Positions 15,950 through 32,209 of a stretch of DNA of 64,000 bases are shown here, one piece after another. The position numbers and the translations under genes are program-made. This DNA comes from Eledone cirrhosa (taxonomy: Eukaryota): assembly GCA_964016885.1 (NCBI GenBank), contig OZ024756.1:4464001-4528000 (forward strand), in the 5' to 3' direction. The notes beneath the pieces were generated by a model. The model was not told the origin of the DNA. It saw only the letters and a list, made by a program, of their open reading frames with translations, and did not search any database. Positions within the stretch are counted from its first letter, which is position 1; the number at the start of each line of letters is the position of its first letter.

Positions 15950-18900
15950 ATACACTGGAGATACACTGGAGATATACTGGAGATATACTGAAGATATACT
16001 GGAGATATACTGAAGATATACTGAAGATATACTGGAGATATATTGGAGATATACTGGAGATATACTGGAGATATACTGGAGATATACTGGAGATATACTG
16101 GAGATATAATGGAGATATATTGGAGATATGTTGGAGATAAACTGGAGATATACTGGAGTTATACTGAAGATATACTGGAGATATACAGGAGATATACAGG
16201 AGATATACTGGAGATATACTGGAGATAAACTGGAGATATACTGGAGATATACTGGAGATATACTGAAAATACACTGGAGATATACTGGAGATATACTGGA
16301 GATATACTGAATATATTCTGGAGATAAACTGGAGATATACTGGACATATACTGGAGATATACTCGAGATATACTGAAGATATATTGGAGATATACTAAGA
16401 TATACTGGAGAAATACTGGGGATATATACTGGGGATATACTGAACATATACTGGGGTATACTGTAGATATACTGGAGATAAACTGGAGATATACTGGAGA
16501 TATACTGGAGATATACTGGAGATATACTGGAGATATACTGAAGATATCCTGGAGGCATATTGAAAATATACTGGAGATATACTGGGGATATACTGGATAT
16601 ATACAGGAGATATACTACAGATATACTCGATATATACTGGGGTTATACTGGTGATATACTGGAGATATACTGGAGATATACTGGAGATATACTGGAGATA
16701 TATTGGAGATATATTGGAGATATACTGGAGATATACTGGAGATATACTGAAAATATACTGGAGATATACTGGAGATATACTGGAGATATACTGGAGAAAC
16801 ACTTGAGATATATACTGGGGATATACTGGAGATATACTGGGGCATACTGGAGATATACTAGGGTTATACTGGAGACATACTGGAGATATACTGGAGATAT
16901 ACTGGGGATATACTATGATATACTGGAGTTATACTAGATATATATTGGAGATATACTGGAGATATACTGGGGATATACTGCAGATATACTGGAGATATAC
17001 TACGGATATACTGGAGATATACTGGAGACATATTGAAGATATACTGTAGATATACTGGAGATACACAGGAGATATACTGGGGATATACTGGAGATATACT
17101 GGCGATATACTGGAGATATACTGGAGATATCCTGGAGATATACTGGAGATATATTGGAGATATATTGGAGATATACTGGAGATATCCTGGAGATATACTG
17201 GAGATATATTGGAGATATACTGCAGATATACTGGAGATATACTGAAGATATACTGGAGATAAACAGGAGATATACTGGAGATATACTGGAGATAAACTGG
17301 AGATATACTAAAGATATATTGGAGATATACTAAGATATTATGGGGAAATACTGGAGATATATACTGGGGATATACTGGAGATATACTGGGGCATGCTGGA
17401 GATATACTAGGGTTATACTGGAGACATACTGGAGATATACTGGATATACTGCAGATATACTGGAGATACACTGGAGATATAATGGAGATATACTGGAGAT
17501 ATACTGGGGATATGCTGGAGATATACAGGAGATATACTGGAGATATACTGAAGATATATTGCAGATAAACAGGAGATATACTGGAGATAAACAGCAGATA
17601 ACCAGGAGATATACTGGAGATATACTTGAGATATACTGAAGATATACTGGAGATATACTGGAGATATACTGGAGATATACTGGAGATATACGGAAAATAT
17701 ACTGGGGATATCCTGGAGATATACTGGAGAAATACTGGAGATATATACTGGGGATATACTGGAGATATACTGGGGCATACTGGACATATACTGGAGATAT
17801 GCTAGGGATATACTGGAGATATACTGAGGATATACTGGAGACATATTGAAGATATACTGTAGATATACTGGAGACATATTGAAGATATACTGGAGATATA
17901 CTAGAGATATACTGGAGATATACTGGAGATATACTGGAGATATATTGGAGATATACTGGAGATATACTGAAGATATACTGGAGATATACTGGAGATATAC
18001 TGGAGATATACTGAAAATATACTGGAAATATACTGGAGATATACTGAAGATATACTAGAGTTAGATTGGAGATATATTGGAGATATACTGGAGATATACT
18101 GGAGATATATTGGAGATATATTGGAGATATACTGGAGATATACTGGAGATATATTGAAGATATATTGGAGATAAACAGGAGATATACTGGAGATATACTG
18201 GAGATAAACTGGAGATATACTAAAGATATATTGGATATATACTAAGATATACTGCAGAAATACTGGAGATATATACTGGGGATATACTGGAGATATACTG
18301 GGGCATACTGGGGATATACTAGGGTTATGCTGGAGACATACTGTAGATATAGTGGGGATATACTGCAGATATACTGGAGATACACTGGAGATACACTGGA
18401 GATATAGTGGAGATATACTGGAGATATACTGGAGATATACAGGAGATAAAATGTAGATATACTGGAGATATATTGCAGATATACTGGAGATACACTGGAG
18501 ATACACTGGAGATATAGTGGAGATATACTGAAGATATATTGGAGATATACTAAGATATACTGGAGAAATACTGGGGATATATACTGGGGATATACTGAAG
18601 ATATACTGGGGTATACTGTAGATATACTGGGGTTTACTGTAGATATACTGTAGATATACTCGAGATATACTCGAGATATACTGGAAGTTTACTGGACATA
18701 TACTGGAGATATCCTGGAGGCATATTGAAGATATACTGTAGATATACTGGAGATATACTGGAGATATACTAGAGACATACTGGAGATATACTAGAGACAT
18801 ACTGGAGATATACTGGGGATATACTGGAGATATACTACAGATATACTGGATATATGCTGTGCTTATACTGGAGATATACAGGAGATATACTGGAGATATA

Positions 18901-21900
18901 CTGGAAATATACTGGAGATATACTGGAGATATACTGGAGATATACTGGAGATATACTAGAGATATACTGGAGATATACTGGAGATATTCTGGAGATATAC
19001 TGGAGATATAGTGGACATATAGTGGAGATATACTGGAGATATACTGGAGATATACTGGGGTTATACTGGGGTTATACTGGAGATATACAGGAGATATACT
19101 GGGGAAATACTGGGGATATATACTGGCGATATACTGAAGATATACTGGGGTATACTGGAGATATACTGGAGATATACTGGAGATATACTGGAGATATACT
19201 CGAGATATACTCGAGATATACTGGAGATTTACTGGAGATATACTGGAGATATACTGCAGATATACTGGAGATATCCTGGAGGCATATTGAATATATACTG
19301 TAGATATACTGGGGTTATACTGCAGATATACAGGAGATATACTACAGATATACTGGAGATATACAGGAGATATACTGGAGATATACTGGATATATACTGG
19401 AGATATTCTGGAGATATACTGGAGATATAGTGGACATATACTGGAGATATATTGAAGATATACTGGAGATATACTAGAGATATACTGGAGATATACTGGG
19501 GTTATACTGGAGATATACAGGAGATATACTGGAGATATACAGGAGATATACTGGAGATATACTGGAGATATACTGGAGATATACTGGAGATATACTGGAG
19601 ATATACTGGAGATATTCTGGAGATATACTGGAGATATAGTGGACATATACTGGAGATATATTGAAGATATACTGGAGATATACTAGAGATATACTGGAGA
19701 TATACTGGGGTTATACTGGAGATATACAGGAGATATACTGGAGATATACAGGAGATATACTGGAGATATACTGGAGATGTGCTGGAAATATACTGGAGAT
19801 ATACTGGAGTTACACTGGAGATATAGTGGAGATATACTGGAGATATAATGGACATATACAGGGGATATACTGGAGATATATTGGACATATACTGGAGATA
19901 TACTGAAGATATACTGGAGATATACTGAAGATATACTGAAGATATACTGGAGATATATTGGAGATATACTGGAGATATACTGGAGATATACTGGAGATAT
20001 ACTGGAGATATACTGGAGATATAATGGAGATATATTGGAGATATATTGGAGATAAACTGTAGATATACTGGAGTTATACTGAAGATATACTGGAGATATA
20101 CAGGAGATATACAGGAGATATACTGGAGATATACTGGAGATAAACTGGAGATATACTGGAGATATACTGGAGATATAGTGAAAATATACTGGAGATATAC
20201 TGGAGATATACTGGAGATATACTGAATATATTCTGGAGATAAACTGGAGATATACTGGACATATACTGGAGATATACTCGAGATATACTGAAGATATATT
20301 GGAGATATACTAAGATATACTGGAGAAATACTGGGGATATATACTGGTGATATACTGAACATATACTGGGGTATACTGTAGATATACTGGAGATAAACTG
20401 GAGATATACTGGAGATATACTGGAGATATACTGGAGATATACTGGAGATATACTGAAGATATCCTGGAGGCATATTGAAAATATACTGGAGATATACTGG
20501 GGATATACTGGAGATATACAGGAGATATACTACAGATATACTCGATATATACTGGGGTTATACTGGTGATATACAGGAGATATACTGGAGATATACTGGA
20601 GATATACTGGAGATATATTGGAGATATACTGGAGATATACTGGAGATATACTGAAAATATACTGGAGATATACTGGAGATATACTGGAGATATACTGGAG
20701 AAACACTTGAGATATATATTGGGGATATACTGGAGATATACTGGGGCATACTGGAGATATACTAGGGTTATACTGGAGACATACTGGAGATATACTGGAG
20801 ATATACTGGGGATATACTATGATATACTGGAGTTATACTAGATATATATTGGAGATATACTGGAGATATACTGGGGATATACTGCAGATATACTGGAGAT
20901 ATACTACGGATATACTGGAGATATACTGGAGACATATTGAAGATATACTGTAGATATACTGGAGATACACAGGAGATACACAGGAGATATACTGGAGATA
21001 TACTGGAGATATACTGGAGATATACTGGAGATATCCTGGAGATATACTGGAGATATATTGGAGACATACTGAAAATATACTGGAGATATACTGGAGATAT
21101 ACTGGAGATATACTGGAGAAACACTTGAGATGTATATTGGGGATATACTGGAGATATACTGGGGCATACTGGAGATATACTAGGGTTATACTGGAGACAT
21201 ACTGGAGATATACTGGAGATATACTGGGGATATACTATGATATACTGGAGTTATACTAGATATATATTGGAGATATACTGGAGATATACTGGGGATATAC
21301 TGCAGATATACTGGAGATATACTACGGATATACTGGAGATATACTGGAGACATATTGAAGATATACTGTAGATATACTGGAGATACACAGGAGATACACA
21401 GGAGATATACTGGAGATATACTGGAGATATACTGGAGATATACTGGAGATATCCTGGAGATATACTGGAGATATATTGGAGACATATTGGAGATATACTG
21501 GAGATATACTGGAGATATACTGAAGATATACTGGAGATAAACAGGAGATATACTGGAGATATACTGGAGATAAACTGGAGATATACTGGAGATATACTGG
21601 AGATATACTGGAGATATCCTGGAGATATACTGGAGATATACTGGAGATATATTGGAGATATACTGGAGATATACTGGAGATATACTGAAGATATACTGGA
21701 GATAAACAGGAGATATACTGGAGATATACTGGAGATAAACTGGAGATATACTAAAGATATATTGGAGATATACTAAGATATTATGGGGAAATACTGGAGA
21801 TATATACTGGTGATATACTGGAGATATACTGGGGCATGCTGGAGATATACTAGGGTTATACTGGAGACATACTGGAGATATACTGGATATACTGCAGATA

Positions 21901-24350
21901 TACCGGAGATACACTGGAGATATAATGGAGATATACTGGAGATATACTGGGGATATGCTGGAGATATACAGGAGATATACTACAGATATAGTGGATATAT
22001 ACTGGGGTTATATTGGGGATATACAGGAGATATACTGGAGATATACTGGAGATATACTGGAGATATATTGGAGATATATTGGAGATATACTGGAGATATA
22101 CTGAAGATATATTGCAGATATACAGGAGATATACTGGAGATAAACAGGAGATATACTGCAGATAAACAGCAGATAACCAGGAGATATACTGGAGATATAC
22201 TGGAGATATACTGAAGATATACTGGAGATATACTGGAGATATACTGGAGATATACTGGAGATATACGGAAAATATACTGGGGATATCCTGGAGATATACT
22301 GGAGAAATACTGGAGATATATACTGGGGATATACTGGAGATATACTGGGGCATACTGGACATATACTGGAGATATGCTAGGGATATACTGGAGATATACT
22401 GGGGATATACTGGAGATATGCTAGGGATATACTGGAGATATACTGAGGATATACTGGAGACATATTGAAGATATACTGTAGATATACTGGAGACATATTG
22501 AAGATATACTGGAGATATACTAGAGATATACTGGAGATATACTGGAGATATACTGGAGATATATTGGAGATATACTGGAGATATACTGAAGATATACTGG
22601 AGATATACTGGAGATATACTGGAGATATACTGAAAATATACTGGAAATATACTGGAGATATACTGAAGATATACTGGAGATAGATTGGAGATATATTGGA
22701 GATATACTGGAGATATACTGGAGATATACTGGAGATATATTGAAGATATATTGGAGATAAAGAGGAGATATACTGGAGATATACTGGAGATAAACTGGAG
22801 ATATACTAAAGATATATTGGATATATACTAAGATATACTGCAGAAATACTGGAGATATATACTGGGGATATACTGGAGATATACTGGGGCATACTGGAGA
22901 TATACTAGGGTTATGCTGGAGACATACTGGAGATATAGTGGGGATATACTGCAGATATACTGGAGATACACTGGAGATACACTGGAGATATAGTGGAGAT
23001 ATACTGGAGATATACTGGAGATATACTGGAGATATACAGGAGATAAAATGTAGATATACTGGAGATATATTGCAGATATACTGGAGATACACTGGAGATA
23101 TAGTGGAGATATACTGAAGATATATTGGAGATATACTAAGATATACTGGAGAAATACTGGGGATATATACTGGGGATATACTGAAGATATACTGGGGTAT
23201 ACTGTAGATATACTGGGGTTTACTGTAGATATACTGGAGATATACTCGAGATATACTCGAGATATACTGGAAGTTTACTGGACATATACTGGAGATATCC
23301 TGGAGGCATATTGAAGATATACTGTAGATATACTGGAGATATACTGGAGATATACTAGAGACATACTGGAGATATACTAGAGACATACTGGAGATATACT
23401 GGGGATATACTGGAGATATGCAGGAGATATACTACAGATATAATGGATATATGCTGTGCTTATACTGGAGATATACAGGAGATATACTGGAGATATACTG
23501 GAAATATACTGGAGATATACTGGAGATATACTGGAGATATACTGGAGATATACTAGAGATATACTGGAGATATACTGGAGATATTCTGGAGATATACTGG
23601 AGATATAGTGGACATATAGTGGAGATATACTGGAGATATACTGGAGATATACTGGGGTTATACTGGGGTTATACTGGAGATATACAGGAGATATACTGGG
23701 GAAATACTGGGGATATATACTGGGGATATACTGAAGATATACTGGGGTATACTGTAGATATACTGGGGTATACTGTAGATATACTGGAGATATACTGGAG
23801 ATATACTGGAGATATACTCGAGATATACTCGAGATATACTGGAGATTTACTGGAGATATACTGGAGATATACTGGAGATATACTGGAGATATCCTGGAGG
23901 CATATTGAATATATACTGTAGATATACTGGGGATATACTGCAGATATACAGGAGATATACTACAGATATACTGGAGATATACAGGAGATATACTGGAGAT
24001 ATACTGGAGATATACTGGAGATATACTGGAGATATTCTGGAGATATACTGGAGATATAGTGGACATATACTGGAGATATACTGGAGATATATTGGACATA
24101 TACTGGAGATATACTGGAGATATACTGGAGATATACTGGGGTTATACTGGAGATATACAGGAGATATACTGGAGATATACAGGAGATATACTGGAGATAT
24201 ACTGGAGATATACTGGAGATATACTGGAGATATACTGGAGTTACACTGGAAATATAGTGGAGATATACTGGAGATATAATGGACATATACAGGGGATATA
24301 CTGGAGATATATTGGACATATACTGGAGATATACTGGAGATATACTGGAG
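15950..24350 (+). repeat. Middle HOR domain: imperfect tandem duplication with 3.9-4.6 kb offset, plus a third partial copy at ~27.7-30.1 kb
   Basis: TAGATTGGAG at 18062 and 22681 (offset 4619). GGAAGTTTACTGG at 18683, 23269 and 28676. ORF offsets 16159/20074 (3915), 17340/21783 (4443), 17846/22465 (4619). Boundaries approximate. Confidence 0.82.
20620..21490 (+). repeat. Local tandem duplication of 418 bp (38 monomers)
   Basis: ORF pairs 20768/21186 and 20937/21355 are offset by exactly 418. GAAACACTTGAGAT and TACTACGGATA markers each recur 418 bp apart. Confidence 0.85.
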
Positions 24351-27300
24351 ATATGCTGGGGATATACTGGACATATACAGGAGATACACTACAGATATAC
24401 TGGATATATACTGGAGATATACTGGATATATACTGGAGATATACTGGAGATATACTGGAGATACACTGTAGATACACTGGAGATATAGTGGAGATATACT
24501 GGAGATAAACTGGAGATAAACTGGAGATAAACTGGAGATAAGCTGGAGATAAGCTGGAGATAAACTGGAGATAAACTGGAGATAAACTGGAGATAAAATG
24601 GAGATAAACTGGAGATAAACTGGAGATATACTGGGGCATATTGGTGATATACGACGTATATACTGGAGATGTACTGGAGATATCCTGGAGATATACTACA
24701 GCTATACTGGATATATACTGTGGTTATACTGGAGATATACTGGAGATATACTGGAGATATACTGGAGATATACTGGAGATATACTGGAGATATACTGGAG
24801 ATATACTGGAGATATACTGGAGATATCCTGGAGATATACTGGAGATATACTGGAGATATACTGGAGATATATTGGAGATATACTGGAGATATACTGGAGA
24901 TATACTGAAGATATACTGGAGATAAACAGGAGATATACTGGAGATAAACTGGAGATAAACTGGAGATATACTCGAGATATACTCGAGATATACTGGAGAT
25001 TTACTGGAGATATACTGGATATATACTGGAGACATACTGGAGATATACTCGAGATATACTCGAGATATAATGCAGATTTACTGGAGATATACTGGAGATA
25101 TCCTGGAGGCATATTGAATATATACTGTAGATATACTGGAGATATACTGGAGATATACTCGAGATATATTCGAGATATTCTAGAGATATACTGGAGATAT
25201 ACTGGAGATATCCTGGAGGCATATTGAATATATACTGTAGATATACTGGGGATATACTGCAGATATACAGGAGATATACTCGAGATATACTGGAGATATA
25301 CTGGAGATATACTGGAGATATCCTGGAGGCATATTGAATATATACTGTAGATATACTGGGGATATACTGCAGATATACAGGAGATATACTACAGATATAC
25401 TGGAGATATACAGGAGATATACTGGAGATATACTGGAAATATACTGGAGATATAATGGGGATATACTGGAGATATACTGGAGATATACTGGAGATATACT
25501 GGAGATATTCTGGAGATATACTGGAGATATAGTGGACATATACTGGAGATATATTGAAGATATACTGGAGATATACTAGACATATACTGGAGATATACTG
25601 GGGTTATACTGGAGATATACAGGAGATATACAGGAGATATACAGGAGATATACTGGAGATATACTGTAGATATACTGGAGATATACTGGAGATATACTGG
25701 AGTTACACTGGAGATATAGTGGAGATATAATGGAGGTATAATGGACATACACAGGAGATATACTGGAGATATATTGGACATATACTGGAGATATACTGGA
25801 CATATACTGGGGATATACTGGACATATACAGGAGATACACTACAGATATACTGGAGATATACTGGAGATATACTGGAGATATACTGGAGATATGCTGGAG
25901 ATACACTGTAGATACACTGGAGATATAGTGGAGATAAACTGGAGATAAACTGGAGGTAAACTGGAGATAAACTGGAGATAAACTGTAGATAAACTGGAGA
26001 TAAACTGGAGATATAATTGGGCATACTGGAGATATACGACGTATATACTGGAGATATACTGGAGATATCCTGGAGACATATTGAAGATATATTGTAGATA
26101 TACTGAAGATATAAAAGAGATATACTGGAGATATACTGGGGATATACTGGAGATATACAGGAGATATACTACAGCTATACTGGATATATACTTTGGTTGT
26201 ACTGGAGATATACTGGAGATATACTGGAGATATACTGGAGATATACAGGAGATATACTGGAGATATACTGGAGATATACTGGAGATATACTGGAGATATA
26301 TTGGAGACATATTGGAGATATACTCGAGATATACTCGAGATATAATGGAGATTTACTGGAGATATACTGGAGATATCCTGGAGGCATATTGAATATATAC
26401 TGTAGATATACTGGAGATATACTGGAGATATACTCGAGATATATTCGAGATATACTAGAGATATACTGGAGATATACTGGAGATATCCTGGAGGCATATT
26501 GAATATATACTGTAGATATACTGGGGATATACTGCAGATATACAGGAGATATACTCGAGATATACTAGAGATATACTGGAGATATACTGGAGATATCCTG
26601 GAGGCATATTGAATATATACTGTAGATATACTGGGGATATACTGCAGATATACAGGAGATATACTACAGATATACTGGAGATATACAGGAGATATACTGG
26701 AGATATACTGGAAATATACTGGAGATATAATGGGGATATACTGGAGATATACTGGAGATATACTGGAGATATACTGGAGATATTCTGGAGATATACTGGA
26801 GATATAGTGGACATATACTGGAGATATATTGAAGATATACTGGAGATATACTAGAGATATACTGGAGATATACTGGGGTTATACTGGAGATATACAGGAG
26901 ATATACAGGAGATATACAGGAGATATACTGGAGATATACTGGAGATATACTGGAGATATACTGGAGATATGCTGGAGTTACACTGGAGATATAGTGGAGA
27001 TATACTGGAGATATAATGGACATATACAGGAGATATACTGGAGATATATTGGACATATACTGGAGATATACTGGAGATATACTGGGGATATACTGGACAT
27101 ATACAGGAGATACACTACAGATATACTGGAGATATACTGGAGATATACTGGAGATATACTGGAGATATGCTGGAGATACACTGTAGATACACTGGAGATA
27201 CATTGGAGATACACTGGAGATAAACTGGAGATAAACTGGAGATAAACTGGAGATAAACTGGAGATAAACTGGAGATAAACTGGAGATAAACTGGAGATAA

Positions 27301-27720
27301 ACTGGAGATAAACCTGGGCATACTGGAGATATACGACGTATATACTGGAGATATACTGGAGATATCCTGGAGACATATTGAAGATATACTGTAGATATAC
27401 TGAAGATATAAAAGAGAAATACTGGAGATATACTGGGGATATACTGGAGATATACAGGAGATATACTACAGCTATACTGGATATATACTGTGGTTGTACT
27501 GGAGATATACTGGAGATATACTGGAGATATACTGGAGATATACTGGAGATATACTGGAGATATACTGAAGATATATTGGAGACATATTGGAGATATACTG
27601 GAGATGTACTGGAGATATACTGAAGATATACTGGAGATAAACAGGAGATATACTGGAGATATACTGGAGATATACTGGAGATAAACTGGAGATATACTGG
27701 AGATATACTGGACATATACT
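23880..27720 (+). repeat. Three-copy HOR of ~1.28-1.43 kb
   Basis: Rare variant CGACGTA at 24652, 26037 and 27334, each preceded by a run of GATAAACTGGA monomers. ORF offsets of 1275 (25180/26455, 25334/26609, 25389/26664, 25703/26978, 25840/27115) and 1429 (23905/25334). Confidence 0.87.
25040..25350 (+). repeat. 110-bp (10-monomer) HOR x3, nested in the 1.3-kb unit; repeated at ~26315-26625
   Basis: TCCTGGAGGCATATTGAATATATACTGTAG at 25101, 25211, 25321 and at 26376, 26486, 26596. Confidence 0.9.
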
Positions 27721-30700
27721 AAGATATTATGGAGAAATACTGGAGATATATACTGGGGATATACTGGAGATATACTGGGGCATGCTGGAGATATACTAGG
27801 GTTATACTGGAGACATACTGGAGATATACTGGATATACTGCAGATATACTGGAGATACACTGGAGATATACTGGAGATATACTGGGGATATGCTGGAGAT
27901 ATACAGGAGATATACTACAGATATACTGGATATATACTGGGGTTATATTGGGGATATACAGGAGATATACTGGAGATATACTGGAGATATACTGGAGATA
28001 TATTGGAGATATATTGGAGATATACTGGAGATAAACAGGAGATATACTGGAGATAAACAGGAGATAACCAGGAGATATACTGGAGATATACTGGAGATAT
28101 ACTGAAGATATACTGGAGATATACTGGAGATATACTGGTGATATACGGAAAATATACTGGAGATATCCTGGAGATATACTGGAGAAATACTGGAGATATA
28201 TACTGGGGATATACTGGAGATATACTGGGGCATACTGGATATATACTAGGGTTATGCTGGAGACATACTGGAGATATACTGGGGATATACTGCAGATATA
28301 CTGGAGATACACTGGAGATACACTGGAGATACACTGGAGATATAGTGGAGATATACTGGAGATATACTGGAGATATACTGGAGATATACTGGAGATATAA
28401 TGTAGATATACTGGAGATATATTGGAGATATACTGGAGATATACTGAATATATTCTGGAGATATATTTCAGATATACTGGAGATACACTGGAGATACACT
28501 GGAGATATAGTGGAGATATACTGCAGATATATTGGAGATATACTAAGATATACTGGAGAAATACTGGGGATGTCTACTGGGGATATACTGAAGATATACT
28601 GGGGTATACTGTAGATATACTGGGGTTTACTGTAGATATACTGGAGATATACTCGAGATATACTCGAGATATACTGGAAGTTTACTGGAGATATACTTGA
28701 GATATCCTGGAGGCATATTGAAGATATACTGTAGATATACTGGAGATATACTGGAGATATACTAGAGATATACTGGAGATATACTGGGGATATACTGGAG
28801 ATATACAGGAGATATACTACAGATATACTGGATATATGCTGTGGTTATACTGGAGATATACAGGAGATATACTGGAGATATACTGGAAATATACTGGAGA
28901 TATACTGGAGATATACTGGAGATATACTGGAGATATACTGGAGATATAATGGAGATATATTGGAGATATATTGGAGATAAACTGGAGATATACTGGAGTT
29001 ATACTGAAGATATACTGGAGATATACAGGAGATATACTGGAGATATACTGGAGATAAACTGGAGATATACTGGAGATATACTGGTGATATACTGAAAATA
29101 TACTGGAGATATACTGGAGATATACTGGAGATATACTGAATATATTCTGGAGATAAACTGGAGATATACTGGACATATACTGGAGATATACTCGAGATAT
29201 ACTGAAGATATATGGGAGATATACTAAGATATACTGGAGAAATACTGGGGATATATACTGGGGATATACTGAACATATACTGGGGTATACTGTAGATATA
29301 CTGGAGATAAACTGGAGATAAACTGGAGATATACTGGAGATATACTGGAGATATACTGGAGATATACTGGAGATATACTGAAGATATCCTGGAGGCATAT
29401 TGAAAATATACTGGAGATATACTGGGGATATACTGGAGATATACAGGAGATATACTACAGATATACTCGATATATACTGGGGTTATACTGGTGATATACA
29501 GGAGATATACTGGAGATATACTGGAGATATACTGGAGATATATTGGAGATATACTGGAGATATATTGGAGATATACTGGAGATATACTGGAGATATACTG
29601 AAAATATACTGGAGATATACTGGAGATATACTGGAGATATACTGGAGAAACACTTGAGAAATATACTGGGGATATACTGGAGATATACTGGGGCATACTG
29701 GAGATATACTAGGGTTATACTGGAGTCATACTGGAGATATACTGGAGATATACTGGGGTTATACTATTATATACTGGAGTTATACTAGATATATATTGGA
29801 GATATACTGGACATATACTGGGGATATACTGCACATATACTGGAGATATACTACGGATATACTGGAGATATACTGGAGACATATTGAAGATATACTGTAG
29901 ATATACTGGAGATACACAGGAGATATACTGGGGATATACTGGAGATATACTGGAGATATACTGGAGATATACTGGAGATATCCTGGAGATATACTGGAGA
30001 TATATTGGAGACATATTGGAGATATACTGGAGATATACTGGAGATATACTGAAGATATACTGGAGATAAACAGGAGATATACTGGAGATATACTGGAGAT
30101 AAACTGGAGATATACTGGAGATATACTGGAGATATACTGGAGATATACTGGAGATATACTAGAGATATACTGGAGATATACTGGGGATATACTGGAGATA
30201 TACAACAGATATACTGGATATATACTGTGGTTATACTGGAGATATACAGTAGATATACAGGTGATATACAGGAGATATACTGGAGATATACTGGAGATAT
30301 ACTGGAGATATACTGGAGATATACTGGAGATATACTGGAGATATACTGGAGATATACTAGAGATATAGTGGACATATACTGGAGATATACGGGAGATATA
30401 CTGGAGATATACTGGAGATATCCTGGAGACATGTTGAAGATAAACTGTTGATATACTGGAGATATACTGGAGATATACTACAGATATACTGGAGATATAC
30501 TAGGGATATACTGGAGATATAAAGGAGATGTAATACAGATATACTGGATATATACTGAAGATATACTGGAGATATACAGGAGATATACTGGAGATATACT
30601 GGAGATATACTGGAGATATACTGGAGATATATTGGAGATAGAGTGGAGATATACTGGATATATACTGGAGATGTACTAGAGATACACAGGAGATATACTG

Positions 30701-32209
30701 GGGATATACTGGATATATACAGGAGATACACTACAGATCTACTGGATATATACTGGGGTTCTACTGGAGATATACAGGACATATACTGGAGATATACTGC
30801 AGATATACTGGAGATATACTGGAGATATATTGGAGATATACTGGAGATATACTGGATATATACTGGAGATATACTGGATATATACTGGAGATATACTGGA
30901 GATATACTGGAGATATACTGGAGATACACTGGAGATATAGTGGAGATATACTGGATATAATCTGGAGATAAACTGGAGATAAACTGGAGATAAACTGGAA
31001 ATAAACTGGAGATATACTGGAGATTTACTGGAGATACACTGGAGATAAACTGGAGATAAACTGGAGATATACTGGAGATATACTGGAGATCTACTGGATA
31101 TATACTGGGGTTATACTGGAGATATACAGGAGATATACTGGAGATACACTGGAGATATACTGGAGATATACTGGAGATATATTGGAGATATACTGGAGAT
31201 ATACTGGATATATACTGGAGATACACTGGAGATACACTGGAGATATATGGAGATATACTAAGATATACTGGGGAAATACTGGAGATATATACTGGGGATA
31301 TACTGAAGATATACTGGGGTATACTGTAGATATACTGGATATATACTGCAGATATACTGGGGATATACTGGAGATATACTGGAGATAAACTGGAGATATA
31401 CTGGAGATATACTGGAGATATACTGGAGATATACTGAAGATATCCTGGAGACGTATTGATGATATACTGTAGATATACTGGACATATACTGGAGATATAC
31501 TGGAGATATACTGAAGATATATTGGAGATATACTGAAGATATACTGGATATATTCTGGGGATGTACTGCAGATATACTGGAGATACACTGGTGATACACT
31601 GGAGATATAGTGGAGATATAGTGGAGATATACTGGAGATATACTGGAGAAATACATGAGATATACTGGAGATATACTGGAGATATACTGGAAATATACTG
31701 GAGATATACTGGAGATATACTGGAGATATACTGGAGATAGACTGGATATATTCTGGAGATATATTGCAGATATACTGGAGATAAACTGGAGATACACTGG
31801 AGATATAGTGGGGATATACTGGAGATATACTGGAGATACACTGGAGATATACTCGAGATATACTGAAGATATATTGGAGATATACTAAGATATACTGGAG
31901 AAATACTGGAGATATATACTGGGGATATACTGAAGATATACTGGGGTATACTGTAGATATACTGGGGTATACTGTAGATATACTGGAGATATACTGGAGA
32001 TATACTGGAGATATACTGGAGATATACTGGAGATATACTGGAAATATACTGGAGATATACTGGAGATATACAGAAGATATATTGGAGATATACTAAGATA
32101 TACTGGGGAAATACTGGAGATATATACTGGGGATATACTGAAGATATACTGGGGTATACTGTAGATATACTGGATATATACTGCAGATATACTGGGGATA
32201 TACTGGAGA

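Noticed and set aside
18655-18680. Hairpin or terminator from CTCGAG-ATATA-CTCGAG tandem palindromes
   Set aside because: It is just two adjacent copies of one variant monomer, giving a 6-bp stem with no U-tract and no upstream gene.
23654-23770. G-quadruplex from clustered GGGG variants (also ~623-672)
   Set aside because: At most three G-tracts lie within 7-9 nt loops and the fourth needs a loop of 18 nt or more. It is not a canonical G4 motif.
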